Assembly (NCBI GenBank): GCA_964658305.1
Contig: OZ210885.1
Coordinates: 12,896,001 to 12,960,000, forward strand
Length of the DNA stretch: 64,000 bases
Direction: 5' to 3'
Origin: Leptogorgia sarmentosa
Lineage: Eukaryota
In this document: positions 1-12,177 of the stretch, piece after piece
Layout of the letters: every line of letters begins with the position of its first letter
Numbering within the stretch: the stretch's first letter is position 1
Notes under the pieces: generated by a model
What the model was told of the DNA's origin: nothing
Database searches by the model: none
The model's input: the letters and a program-made list of their open reading frames with translations, nothing else
Translations under genes and position numbers: made by a program

Positions 1-627
1 AATCAAGACACAAAGTTTCACCACATTGTCGCATCACTTCCGCCGGAAGTCGCCGTCGATATTCGTGACCTCATCATCAACAAACCACCTCACAATGCTT
101 ATGATGAGTTAAAGGCAAAGCTAATTACCCGCACTACAGTCAGCCAGGCCAAACGACTGCAGCAGTTATTATCTGCTGAAGAGCTTGGTGACCGTAAACC
201 GTCCCAACTCCTTCGTAAATTCGAACAGTTACTTGACACGACCAGCAGCGACCGCCCCTTGATTCGAGAGCTATTTTTGCAACGGTTACCCATACATGTT
301 CGTCAACTCCTGGCAGCTACAACAACGGATGCAACTCCATTGAACGAGCTGGCGCAGCAGGCCGATAGGCTGATGGATGTCCCCGCCCAAAATATCAGCA
401 CCATCCCCCAGCAACACGAACCCCATGGCTTCGCTGCTTTACAAGCTCAACTGCAAGAAATCACCCAGACAATGGCAGCTTTCACCAAGCGTCAGAATCA
501 CTCCACTGCAAAAAAACCACCAGAAGAACCAAACAATGACCCCCCTACCCTGTGCTGGTACCACCGACGGTTTGGTTATAAAGCTCGCAAGTGTACGTGC
601 TCGGGAAACGGGATGGTCAGCAAGTAG
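1..627 (+). CDS. gag: Ty3/Gypsy gag, 5' end outside the window
   Basis: Frame +1 is open from base 1 ([18 protein letters not shown]...[17 protein letters not shown]...LFLQRLP) to a C-terminal [14 protein letters not shown] knuckle, and lies directly upstream of pol. Confidence 0.85.
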   Translation, partial: NQDTKFHHIVASLPPEVAVDIRDLIINKPPHNAYDELKAKLITRTTVSQAKRLQQLLSAEELGDRKPSQLLRKFEQLLDTTSSDRPLIRELFLQRLPIHVRQLLAATTTDATPLNELAQQADRLMDVPAQNISTIPQQHEPHGFAALQAQLQEITQTMAAFTKRQNHSTAKKPPEEPNNDPPTLCWYHRRFGYKARKCTCSGNGMVSK

Positions 628-3600
628 CGACGGCGACCATGCTGACCAATGTTAAGAGCCGTCTATTTTTTGTACGCGATAGAACTTCCCGGAAACAATT
701 TTTAGTGGACACTGGAGCAGAAGTAAGTGTTATCCCACCCAGTATGACTGGCCCACCCCTAAAGCCGATTAATATTGCTTTAGAGGCTGCCAACCATAGT
801 AAAATAAAGACACATGGCAAACGTTCACTCAACCTCAACCTTGGGTTGTGCCGCAAATTAACCTGGGAATTTGTTGTTGCTGACGTAAAATTCCCTATTC
901 TTGGAGCTGATTTCTTACGCTACTATGGTCTATTGGTGGATGTTCGACACAACACGTTATTGGACGCTACTACATTCCTGAGTGTGAGTGGAACAATGAC
1001 AACGGTACGCTGTGTTAGCCCTGTCCTGGTGGAACCATCTCAGTCTGAGTACCTTAACATACTCAAGGAATTCCCCACCACCACCCAACCCGTCACCAAA
1101 GAAGAAATTGTCAAACACAATATTACCCACCATATTGTCACTAAGGGTCCACCCGTATACTCCAAACCCCGTCGACTCGCTCCTGAGAAACTCAAACACG
1201 CAAAATCCGAATTTGATAACCTCCTGGCACTGGGCATCATTCAACCTTCTTTGAGCAGCTGGGCCTCCCCTTTACATATGGTACCGAAGAGAACCCCAGG
1301 CACCTGGAGACCTTGCGGAGACTACCGGGCGTTGAACAATAGTACAGTTCCCGATCGTTATCCTATTCCTCACATCCAAGATTTTACATCCAATCTCCAT
1401 GGGGCAACCATTTTTTCAAAAATCGATTTGGTGCGCGCTTATCACCAGATTCCGGTCGACGCAAAAGACATTCACAAGACCGCAATTACCACGCCATTTG
1501 GGGCTATTCGAATTTAAGCGCATGCCATTTGGCCTTCGAAATGCTGCCCAAACATTCCAGCGTTTTATGGATCAAGTGGTCCGTGGACTAGACTTCGTCT
1601 ATGTGTACATAGATGATTTGTTGGTGGCTAGTTCCTCACCAGACGAGCACAAGCAGCACCTCCGTCAGCTGTTTGCGCGCCTTGCTGCATATGGATTAGT
1701 CATTAATCCCGAAAAGTGTGAATTTGGCAAATCTGCACTAAATTTTCTGGGCCACCACATAAGCAAAGATGGCATCCTCCCGCTGAAAGAGAAGGTGCAA
1801 GTCATTCTCGACTTCCCGCTCCCCCAATCTGCCGAAAAGCTCAGAGAGTTTTTGGGTCTTGTGAATTTTTACCACCGATTCATCAAAAACTGTGCTACCC
1901 TTCAAACCCCGCTCATATCCTTGCTGACTCAGGCAGACAAGCTTAAATCTCCACTTCAATGGACAGAGGAGTTAATTACCGATTTCAACAACCTTAAGCA
2001 AGCACTGGCTGAGGGTACACTACTTTCACATTGGCACCCATCGGCGGAGACTAGTTTAATCGTTGATGCCTCGGCCGTGGCAGTGGGAGCGGTACTTCAG
2101 CAAAAGATTGGCAGTCAATGGCAGCCTCACGGCTTCTTTTCCAGGAAACTTCAACCGGCAGAAACCCGATATAGCACCTTCGGGCGGGAGTTACTGGCTA
2201 TTTACTTAGCTATCAAACATTTTCGCCATCTACTAGAGGGCCGTCGCTTTCACATCCTTACTGACCACAAACCCTTTACATTTGTCTTGAACCACAACTC
2301 GGACAAGTACACACCGCGAGAAACCCGGCAACTGGCATACGTCTCAGAGTTTACGACAGACATTCGACACATTCAAGGTAAAGATAACGTGGCGGCCGAC
2401 GCTCTTTCTCGTCTATATATCAATGCATCCAATGGACCAAACCTTCTGGATTATGACAAACTGGCCGACGCTCAGGCGACAGATCCTGAAATCCAAAAGA
2501 TTGCCAATGCCAAGAACGCCCTGAACATCAAACCGATCAACATGCCAATGACCACCAAACCAGTCCTATGTGATATTTCGACAGGCAATCCCAGACCGTG
2601 GGTTCCCCAAGAGTTTAGAAGAGAAGTTTTCCGCGCTCTCCACGAACTGTCTCACCCCGGGATAAACTCGACCCGTAAACTCATCGCATCCCGTTTCATC
2701 TGGCCAAACATCAACTCGGACGTCCGACAATGGGCTAAAGAGTGCATGCCGTGTCAAAGGGCAAAGATACATCGGCACACATGTACCCCTCTCGGAAGAT
2801 TTGACCTTCCACAGAGTCGATTTAGTAACGTGCATATCGACCTAGTCGGCCCTCTTCCCCCATCCAACGGGTTCACATACATGCTGACATGCATTGATCG
2901 GTTTACTCGGTGGCCCGAAGTGATTCCCATCAGCGACATCACGGCAATCACCGTCGCAAAATCCTTTCTATCAGGTTGGATTGCACGATTTGGCGTCCCA
3001 GCTACCATAACTACCGACAGAGGAGCCCAGTTTGAGTCGCATCTTTGGAAGGAACTTACCCGGCTGCTGGGGACGAAGCACATCCGCACCACGGCATACC
3101 ATCCCATTGCTAACGAAATAATCGAACGTTTCCATCGCCAGCTTAAAACGTCCCTCAAAACGACACAGAACCCCCACACGTGGGCGGATTCGTTGCCCAT
3201 GGTGTTGCTCGGCTTGAGGAGCTCTTATAAAGCAGATCTACAAGCGTGCACCGCGGAACTGGTCTACGGAACAACGTTATGTCTCCCCGGGCAATTTTTT
3301 GATCCATCCTCTCGCGACCCGACGAAACCCACATCCGACCTGGTTGGTAAGCTCAAACAAACCATGCAAAACCTTAAGCCCACGGCCACTAGGTCGCATA
3401 CCCGCCCCACTTATATTAGCAAGAAGTTGGATTCCTGTACCCACGTTTTCGTACGACAGGACCACGTACAAAAACCTCTGGACATGCCCTATAAGGGTCC
3501 TTATCGCGTTGTACGTAGAGCAGACAAGTATTTTGAGCTTGAGCTGGATGGGCGTCACGACACAGTATCCCTAGATCGTTTGAAGCCAGCATTAATAGAC

Positions 3601-3744
3601 AATTCAGATGATCCGCAATCGGATTCGGCTCCCCCTCCGGCTCCCTCCCCGGATGCAGACCCTCCAGAGGCCCCGGTCATTCCTCACTCGTTTCAAACAA
3701 GAGCAGGACGCAAAGTACAAATACCAAGACGTTATGCAACGTGA
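591..3744 (+). pseudogene. pol: Ty3/Gypsy pol (protease-RT-RNase H-integrase) with one frameshift near 1500
   Basis: Protease [39 protein letters not shown]; RNase H DAS, TDHKP, ADALSR; integrase [23 protein letters not shown]. An extra G in the GGGG run at 1500-1503 breaks TPFG/LFEF between ORFs 591-1517 and 1399-3744. Confidence 0.93.
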
Positions 3745-3771
3745 TGTTGCTATAAACTAGAAGGGGGGTAT

Positions 3772-3946
3772 TGTGGCGGACGCTTTAGGTGACCTGTGTC
3801 ACAACGCTGACCAACAGGTGTGCGGACTTCTTTGGGAAGCGGACACATGCGATAAAGTATTAAATAATAGTTGTGTTTTACGGTGAAATTATACGTATAA
3901 TAACTAAGTTCTCGCTGTGTGTGAGGTTGTTTTACTAAACTATAAC
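3772..3946 (+). repeat. 3' LTR of Gypsy element 1 (right end approximate)
   Basis: Polypurine tract AGAAGGGGGG at 3759-3768 is followed by TGTGGCGG at 3772. The 5' LTR is outside the window, so the end cannot be fixed. Confidence 0.6.
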
Positions 3947-4777
3947 CTTATTTGCCGAAAAGTGGAAATTGAATGTTACTATTCATTTATGGAAACAATT
4001 TTGCCTGTCCGCAGGCTGCTAATATGGCGAAAACACGACTTTTTAGAATATGAAATTGACTTTGTTACTTTCAATGATAATAAATACGATTAAATCACTG
4101 ATATGCTTTTCATATCCAACGATACATCATTTGATAAACTTCCTAGAAGCAACTGCATATCCCGGAAGGTCTTACAAACCGTCCGTTTACAGCAAACAAG
4201 GGTGACCCTGATGGCTGAATGCTGATTAAATAGTTCAGTATGAGTTATATGACAATATCAATGAATAGTTGACAGTTATTTAGTAAGGTAAAGAAATAAT
4301 ACTTCCATGGGCAATATGTGCAATATATAATGCATTAATTATTATTTGTTTATACTTTTCAATAAGCTGAGTATAACTATATTAAACAACTTGATTAATT
4401 GACCAATTATGAATTGCAGTATTGAAATACTTGCTGATTTGCATTTACTTGCTTTGCTATTTGTTAATAGCTGCTCATTAACTGACATTTTTTGATTTTT
4501 ATGTTCATTAACTCACATAAAAGAATATTAACTCCTAATAACATTTTGCTTCCTTGCATTATTGCTGAAGTCCAAACATCTGTACAATATAAACAATGTT
4601 ATTCAGAGTTACTATTTTTTGTATTTTATTAGAATAGTAGTGGGTCTCCAGGCTAGGAGATCATGGGAATATTCAAATTTGTCAATTATTGTCCATAAGC
4701 ACCCCAGGTCACTGTGGTGTGGCCCCCAATTCAGCCCCCGGGCTGACAAATATTTCTAATACTGTCCATCTATCTAA

Positions 4778-4920
4778 CCTAATGTCGCCAACCGTCGCCC
4801 AATGTCGCCTAATGTTGCCTAATGTCGCCTAATGTTGCCTAATGTCGCAAGGAATTTTCTTTGAAAATCCCCAATGTCGCCAAATGTCGCCTATTGTCGC
4901 AGCGACATTAGGCGACATTG
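4778..4920. repeat. 10-bp tandem array (CCTAATGTYG)n ending in an inverted pair
   Basis: Repeated cctaatgtcg/cctaatgttg units at 4778-4848, then atgtcgcctattgtcgc-a-gcgacattaggcgacat forming a hairpin. Probably a subterminal repeat of a DNA-transposon fragment. Confidence 0.75.
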
Positions 4921-4941
4921 GCCCCCAAAGTAGGCCTGAAC

Positions 4942-7271
4942 CACGGTTATTGGCAGATACCATTGGACGAAGAAAGCCGGCTATTAACAACATTCAACAC
5001 AGAATTCGCTCGATATTGATTTAACAGGATGCCCTTTGGGGTAAAGTCCGCCCAAGAAGTCTTTCAAAAGCGTATGAGCCAATCATTTGGGGACCTTGAA
5101 GGAGTAGAGACTGACGTTGATGATATCCTAGTTTGGGGTACTACGACTGAAGAACACGATCAGCGTCTTAAGAAAACTCTACAGCGGTGCCAAGAAATCA
5201 ACCAAACCCTTAACGTGAACAAATGTGAGTTTGGAATAACCGAAGTCGTGTATATTGGCCACAAGCTAACGGCACAAGGGGTAAAGCCAGACGAGTCGAA
5301 AGTTGATGCCATCAACAAAATGCCTCAACCCACCTGCAAGAAAGATGCTGAGAGACTTATGGGAATGGTGAACTACTTTGCGAAATTTATCCCTAATATG
5401 TCTGCGGTCAATGAGCCAATACGAAAGGTAATGAAGAGCGATGTTGTATTCGAGTGGGGCGGCCGGGCAGCCAACAAGAAAAAGCGTTTCGACAAATAAA
5501 AGAAATCCTAACGGCAGCTCCAGTTCTGGCGTACTACGACGTGAACAGACCAGTAACAATAACGTGCGATGCTTCCAAAGCGGGCCTTGGGGCAGTATTG
5601 TTACAAAATGGAAAGCCGGTTGCGTATGCGTCGAGAGCACTGACGGGTGCAGAAACGAGGTGTGCGCAAATTGAAAAGGAACTGCTAGCTGTAGTATTTG
5701 GATTCGAACGGTTTAACCAGTATACCTATGCACGCCATGTGGAAGTCGAAACAGATCATAAACCATTGGAAGCAATAACAAAGAAACCTCTATCGATGGC
5801 GCCACCTCGCCTCCAAAGAATGTTGTTACGGCTACAGAGATATGATTTCACAGCAAAGTATAGACCTGGCATAGATACTCTTTCCAGAGCATACATCCCA
5901 GAAAGTGAACCAGATGCAAGCCACATGGAAGATGAAATTGAATATCATGCTCACTCGGTGTTGCACAGAATGCTTGTCTCAACGGACAAAATGAAGGAGA
6001 TTCGAGAGGAAACTTCGAAAGATCCAACGATGACGATCTTGTTGAATGTGATTTGGAGAGGATGGCCACAGACAAGACGACAAACTCCGGTAGAGATCCA
6101 TGAGTTTTGGAACTATAGAGATGAGATGTCAGAAAAGGACGGTGTGGTAATGAAAGGAGACCGGATTGTCATACCAGCAACGTTACGAAGCGAAATGATA
6201 GCCCGAGTACATGACAGCCATTTGGGCAATGAGAAATGTCGATGCAGAGCGAGGGATATTCTTTTTTGGCCACAGATGAATAAGCAGATTAATGATATGG
6301 TGTCCAAGTGTGACGTATGCCAAGAGTACCAGTCATCGAATCCCAAAGAGCCAATGGTGGAATCTCCACTACCAAGTAGACCCTGGGAATCAGTAGCCAC
6401 GGATCTCTGATTTCTCTTCCATTGGGAACAAAGAGATTATCTATTAGTGGTAGATTATTACTCACGATATGTAGATGTTGCAAAGCTGGGTGATACTAAG
6501 AGCCGAACAGTAGTCAATTATACCAAGTCGATTTTCGCCAGGCACGGCATCCCATCTGTCGTTCGGAGTGATAATGGTCCACAATATTCAGCTCAGGAAT
6601 ATCAACAGTTTGCCAAAGAGTGGAAATTCGAGCATCAGACGTCCAGCCCATACTACCCAAAGTCCAACGGGTTGGCCGAGAAAGCGGTGCAAACAGTGAA
6701 AAGGTTGTTGACCAAAGCAAAAGCTGACGGTAAAGATCCGTATCTGAGTCTTCTTGAATACCGGAATACGCCAATCGATGATGTTGGTTCTCCCTCACAA
6801 CTACTCATGAGTCGCCAGCTTCAGTCCACTCTACCTAATACAGAAAGTCAGTTACAACCAAAAGTTGTTGATCCTCAAAGAGTGGAAAAGAAGTTAAAAG
6901 AAAAACAAGGGGGTCAGAAAAAGTATTATGATGTCGGAGCTAGAGCGTTACCATCATTGCAAAAAGGAGAAAGAGTCCGAGTTCAAATAGGTGACCGATG
7001 GAAAGAAGCTACCGTGAGCGCCCACGGAACGACTCCAAGATCAGTCAACCTTAAAACCTCAAGTGGAAGAGAGATTAGAAGGAATCGAGTCCATATCAAA
7101 AAACAAAACCATGATGTAGTGGCGAAAACAAAACTTATTGAAGACGAACACTCAGAACCAGGGATAGAAACAACCTTAAATAATTTAAGTCAACCCGGCC
7201 AAAGTCCAGAATACAGAACACGAAGTGGTCGAATAAGCAAACCACCAGAACGATGGCAAGCGGGGACTTGA
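4942..7271 (+). pseudogene. pol: Second Ty3/Gypsy pol (RT-RNase H-integrase), 5'-truncated and disrupted
   Basis: GYWQIPLDEESRLLTTFNT..RY*FNRMPFG from about 4945, then DVDDILVWG, CDASKAGLG, ETDHKPL, integrase H..H..C..C, SDNGPQY and SNGLAEKAVQTVK. Split across ORFs 5029-5499, 5454-6410 and 6447-7271. Confidence 0.92.
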
Positions 7272-7275
7272 ATAT

Positions 7276-7278
<3 letters not shown>

Positions 7279-7309
<31 letters not shown>
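7279..7309. repeat. (TA)n microsatellite
   Basis: Run of atatat... seen directly. Confidence 0.95.
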
Positions 7310-7312
<3 letters not shown>

Positions 7313-7399
7313 CAATTAACTAATTTAGAATGACAATACTTAATTTAGAAAACTTTATTTAACTTAAGGAAAAAAGAACAAAAAAAAAATCGGGGGAAT

Positions 7400-7498
7400 T
7401 GTAATATATTCGGTTATTATATAGTCATTAAATTTGCATATGTGTATATAAGCTAGGGGCATTATAGGTTAAAGAGTCTTGTATGTGATAATATTACA
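7400..7498 (+). repeat. Short 3' LTR of Gypsy element 2
   Basis: Purine tract (GGGGGAA) followed by TGTAATAT at 7400, with its inverse ATATTACA at 7491-7498. An alternative end is possible at 7507 (...GACTACA). Confidence 0.55.
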
Positions 7499-8528
7499 GT
7501 GACTACATCCCAGCGGTTGCGTTTGCCGTATATTCTTGAGATTTTCAACGACAGAAAAGGTTGTTCACGTAAATCATTTCCCTCAAGCTTTTTATATCTA
7601 TTTTGACGAATTATCTCGTGTAATTATTGTCTATTATTGTTGGTATACGTTTAGTCTTTAAATATAAATAATGTCTGAGGTCGATTAAATCTTTTAAGCA
7701 TGTTTATTTCTCGAATTTGAATTGGTCACTAGAATAGCATGTATTCAGAATGGCTGCAATATATTGACAACTTATATACTAGAAATACATACATGCAGCA
7801 ACCCCTCGCATTACTAACCAATTAATGCAACTATATTTTAGGAACATGAAGTACTTCACAGCCGCCTGAGGTTGTTGTCATGGCAACACGATCGGAAATT
7901 CATATTTCTGTAATTTTTTGAAGCTGTCAAATATCAGCTTTTATCTTTGTTTTATTGGCATTTTTTTTTAATTTCGAGAACCATTTGTTATCCGTACGTT
8001 ATTAGGACTAATATAAACTTGAATTTGGTGCGAAATACTACATTTATTTGCATAATACGGTTTAATTAAGTCAGTCTTTAATATGAAAAAATTTCCAGGC
8101 ACTGTTCGCTCGCGTTCTTTTGGAGTAAAGTTTGTAAATATTTTGTGAAGTCTTGCCTTTAAATGATAAACTTATACTCTGGAATTGAGCCGTGAAGAGA
8201 TTAAATGCGGCTACGGCGACCTTTCATACAAATAGTAGACTGTAGATAGTAAATACGCAAAACAAAAGTTCATTGCCGGCAACCTATTGATGAACTTATC
8301 TTGTGTTTCAATCCGTAGTCGTTTGTTCCCCTCTCCCAGCGTTATATATCTTCTGAGAAGGCTTTCCAAGTCTTACAGCGTAGATCTTGTCTTTTTTTCG
8401 CCTTTCCAAAGGACCAAAAGCTTTAAAAAGCTTCGGCTTTTCATGATAGTCCAGCGTAATTTTGAGATCAGTGATGACCACCCATACACAGTAACCCAAA
8501 ATGGCCGCCAAATCGAGCAACTTTGGAC

Positions 8529-9150
8529 CAGTGAACTCAAATAAAACTGGAACGCTAGCTTCAGGTAAACATGCCCATACATGCCTGAAGCCAAGATGGC
8601 GGAAATTGAAGCCTCTCTTGTAGGTATAAAACACGCGTGTTTTTTGCGTGGGGTAGTCACGAAGGGTGAAAGCATGAAATATATAAGCTATATTTCTAGC
8701 TACTTAAACGTAATTAACTTAAAAACAGTAAATGGAAGGCTTGTGCAAGTAGAGCTCTTGTTGTTCGTGTTGTGACTTGTGAGTGATGACTTAATTACCT
8801 CAGACAATGACAAAATATTTGTTTTTGTTTTTTATACGGCATATAAACGTCTGTTTACAAAGTTTTCTCGAACAATGTCATACAAAAATAATTTTGCTGC
8901 TCCGTTAAGTGTTTCTAAAAGTTGTTCATGCAGAATACCTGCTCTATTCTGTGTTATTATTATCTAAAAAGGTCTGTAAATTGAGTGTTAAGACGAGACT
9001 TTTTTTACATATTCATAATTGCCGCCATATTGCCTACGGATAATCCGCGCAGGGGCCTGGATCATACCTACAAGACGAGCTTCAATTTCCGCCATATTGG
9101 CTTCAAAATTTCCCGCCCAGCTAGCGTTCCAGTTTTATTTGAGTTCACTG
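8529..9150. mobile_element. hAT-type MITE, copy 1
   Basis: TIR CAGTGAACTCAAATAAAACTGGAACGCTAGCT at both ends; 8-bp TSD CTTTGGAC at 8521-8528 and 9151-9158. Confidence 0.9.
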
Positions 9151-9158
9151 CTTTGGAC

Positions 9159-10616
9159 CAGTGAACTCAAATAAAACTGGAACGCTAGCTGGGCGGGAAA
9201 TTTTGAAGCCAATATGGCGGAAATTGAAGCTCGTCTTGTAGGTATGATCCAGGCCCCTGCGCGGATTATCCGTAGGCAATATGGCGGCAATTATGAATAT
9301 GTAAAAAAAGTCTCGTCTTAACACTCAATTTACAGACCTTTTTAGATAATAATAACACAGAATAGAGCAGGTATTCTGCATGAACAACTTTTAGAAACAC
9401 TTAACGGAGCAGCAAAATTATTTTTGTATGACATTGTTCGAGAAAACTTTGTAAACAGACGTTTATATGCCGTACTAGAAATACATACATGCAGTAACCC
9501 CTCGCCTTACTAACCAATTAATGCAACTATATTTTTGGAACATGAAGTACTTCAAAGGCTGCCTGAGGTTGTTGTCATGGCAACACGATCGGAAATTCCT
9601 ATTTCTGTATTTTTTGAAAACACTCAAAATATCAGCTTTTATCTTTGTTTTATTGGCATTTTTTTTAATTTGGAGAACCATTTGTTATCCGTACGTTATT
9701 AAGACTAATATAAACTTGAATTTGGTGCGAAATACTACATTTATTTGTATAAAACGTTTTAAATATACAAGTCAGTCTTTGATATGAAACACTTTCCAGC
9801 CAATATTCGCTCGTGCTCTTTTGGGGTAAAGTTTGTAAATATTTTGTGAAGTATTGCCTTTAAAACGATAAACTTATACTCTGGAATTGAGCCGTGATTA
9901 GATTAAATGCGGCTACGGCGACGTTTCATTTTCATACAAATAGTAGACTGTAGATAGTAAATACGCAAAACAAAAGTTCACTGCCGGCAACATATTGACG
10001 AACTTATCTTGTGTTTCAATCCGTAGTCGTTTGATCCCCTTTCTCAGCGTTTTATATCTTCTGAGAAGGCTTTTCAAGTCCTACAGCGTAGATCTTGTCT
10101 TTATTTTCGCCTTTCCAAAAGCTTTAAGCCTTCAAAAAGCTTCGGCTCGTCATGATAGTCCAGCATAATTTTGAGATCAGTGATGACCACCCATACACAG
10201 TAACCCAAAATGGCCGCCAAATCGAGCAACTTTGGACTCCGCCGTGCAGAATTATTACCCTCGCCCCGGGCTAACGCCCGGACGGCGCTTCGCGCCGTGG
10301 CTCGGGGATAAAAAACAAAAACAAATATTTTGTCATTGTCTGAGGTAATTAAGTCATCACTCACAAGTCACAACACGAACAACAAGAGCTCTACTTGCAC
10401 AAGCCTTCCATTTACTGTTTTTAAGTTAATTACGTTTTAAGTAGCTAGAAATATAGCTTATATATTTCATGCTTTCACCCTTCGTGACTACCCCACGCAA
10501 AAAACACGCGTGTTTTATACCTACAAGAGAGGCTTCAATTTCCGCCATCTTGGCTTCAGGCATGTATGGGCATGTTTACCTGCAGCTAGCGTTCCAGTTT
10601 TATTTTGAGTTCACTG
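9159..10616. mobile_element. hAT-type MITE, copy 2, inverted relative to copy 1 and interrupted by a Helitron
   Basis: Reverse complement of 8529-9150 once 9475-10308 is removed; CTTTGGAC at 9151-9158 and 10617-10624. Confidence 0.9.
9475..10308 (-). mobile_element. Non-autonomous Helitron-like element (inner, complete copy)
   Basis: Removing it restores GCCGTA^TAAAAAAC, exactly the empty site in MITE copy 1 (reverse complement near 8827-8840). TC...CTAG termini, A^T insertion, no TSD. Confidence 0.85.
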
Positions 10617-12053
10617 CTTTGGACTCGCTATAGCGGAATTATTACCCTCGCCCCGGGCTAACGCCCGGACGGCGCTTCGCGCCGTGGCTCGGGGATTAAA
10701 GCTGAATTGCATTTTATCAATAATATAACGAAGATATTTTAACCACTTACATATAGTGCATGAATAGTTCAACTATCTTTCAAGAATCTTGTTCTTTGGA
10801 ATGCTATGTCAACAGAATTTTTTGAAAAAAACTGAAAAGTTCTGAAAACTAAATGCGAATGACGTGTTGCACGGCAAACCACTAACCGCAAACGGCTAAC
10901 CGCGGTTAGCCGTTTGACGTCCAAGCCGGAAATCTAAAGGTCTCTATTATTGTGTTGTTGTTAACGGCTGTGATTTGCATATACATTTAGTTGCCCACCA
11001 TCTGCAATATTAAATATTGATAACACTATGTAGACAGCGTCATTCAAAATTGACCGGCCATCGCGAGAACTACCGCCAGCTTCTGCCATTCTATAATAGA
11101 CATTTTATGCATCAAATGGATTGCATGATTTAGCTAAAAAACACACAGTTCATTTCTTGGCTGCCTATGATTTTATTTCGCTTTGTCAGCAGGATATTTG
11201 TTTACAAAGATCAACAGGTAACAGCTGCTAACACCTTATTTGGCAAAATTTCCTTTAGTTATTTTATGCGTCATTGATTGAATAATATGTACAAATTTTA
11301 CTTTTTGCTGTAATTGTTGATGACTGATGATCAGAAAAGCATGTTTTGGATTCCGGTAATAGAATTAATACGGTATCATTCTTTCAGTTTAAAAGGTGGA
11401 ACATGTATGACTAATGTTTGTAAACGCTTATTTCAAACAACGGGGGTTTCCCAACATGGGGAATTCCCTTTTAATGCGCATAAATAGGAGGAATTGTAAA
11501 AACAGAATCCTATATGAATTCAGAGCAGCAGAAGACACATACCACTACCAGAGGGAAAATATATAAGAATTTATAAAGTTTAACTCCGCAAGATAAGAAA
11601 ATTTTGAGAACAACGCTATTCCAATCGGTAGGTAACAATACAAGGAAACCCATAGCTATAATTGAAAATTACGATGTTCAAAATTCTGACTCTTCTTCGT
11701 GGGCAACGTTTGTTAACGGTTTGTCACTTCTAAGTTTCTAACGTATTCTTCTTACACAAACAAAATATAAAATTGTATATATTATTGTATTTCATAGATC
11801 AAGGAATTAAGTCATGATCGAAATATATATCGTTTTATCGATTTCAGAGGCTTGTTTACACCTGTAATTTTCGCTACTATTTCCGGTGCGGTTTTTCCTT
11901 GGGAGAGATGTGAATGAGTGGATTAATGATGAATGCTAAAGTGTCTTTAAAGTGTCTTTAAACGGACAAAAACCCTGTCTGTAGTCACGCTGAAAGCTGT
12001 TTGCATAGTTGTAATTTAGTCGCGCCATAACAGTCACAGTAAAACGCGTGTAA

Positions 12054-12177
12054 GGCCTAAGTTCAGACGTCGAACTTTTCATGCGCCGAATTACCTAATG
12101 CAAATGAGCTCAAACAAAGAACTTTGCTCATTAACATTAGGTTCGGCACATGAAAAGTTCGACGTTTGAACTGGGCC
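12054..12177. mobile_element. Small MITE (GGCC..GACGTCGAACTTTTCATG TIRs), PIF/Harbinger-like
   Basis: About 35-bp inverted termini with TAA on both sides. Uninterrupted relative of 28706-35075. Confidence 0.75.

Larger units (their letters stand above)
7779..10695 (-). mobile_element. Non-autonomous Helitron-like element (outer copy, interrupted by two hAT MITEs)
   Basis: On the - strand it starts 5'-TCCCCGAG and ends TTTCTAG-3', flanked by A and T with no TSD. 7779-8528 plus 10625-10695 is collinear with the uninterrupted copy at 9475-10308. Confidence 0.8.

Noticed and set aside
1497..1505. Programmed frameshift within Gypsy RT
   Set aside because: It is a single extra G in a homopolymer inside a conserved RT motif, so a mutation or sequencing error is more likely.
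4778..4920. Possible CRISPR-like array
   Set aside because: The units are adjacent 10-mers with no unique spacers, there are no cas genes, and the context is eukaryotic.
8287..10364. Short ORFs in the Helitron/MITE cluster, including near-duplicate peptides
   Set aside because: They are chance frames in repeated non-coding elements. The same applies to the mirrored ORFs at 28843 and 34703 in the MULE TIRs.
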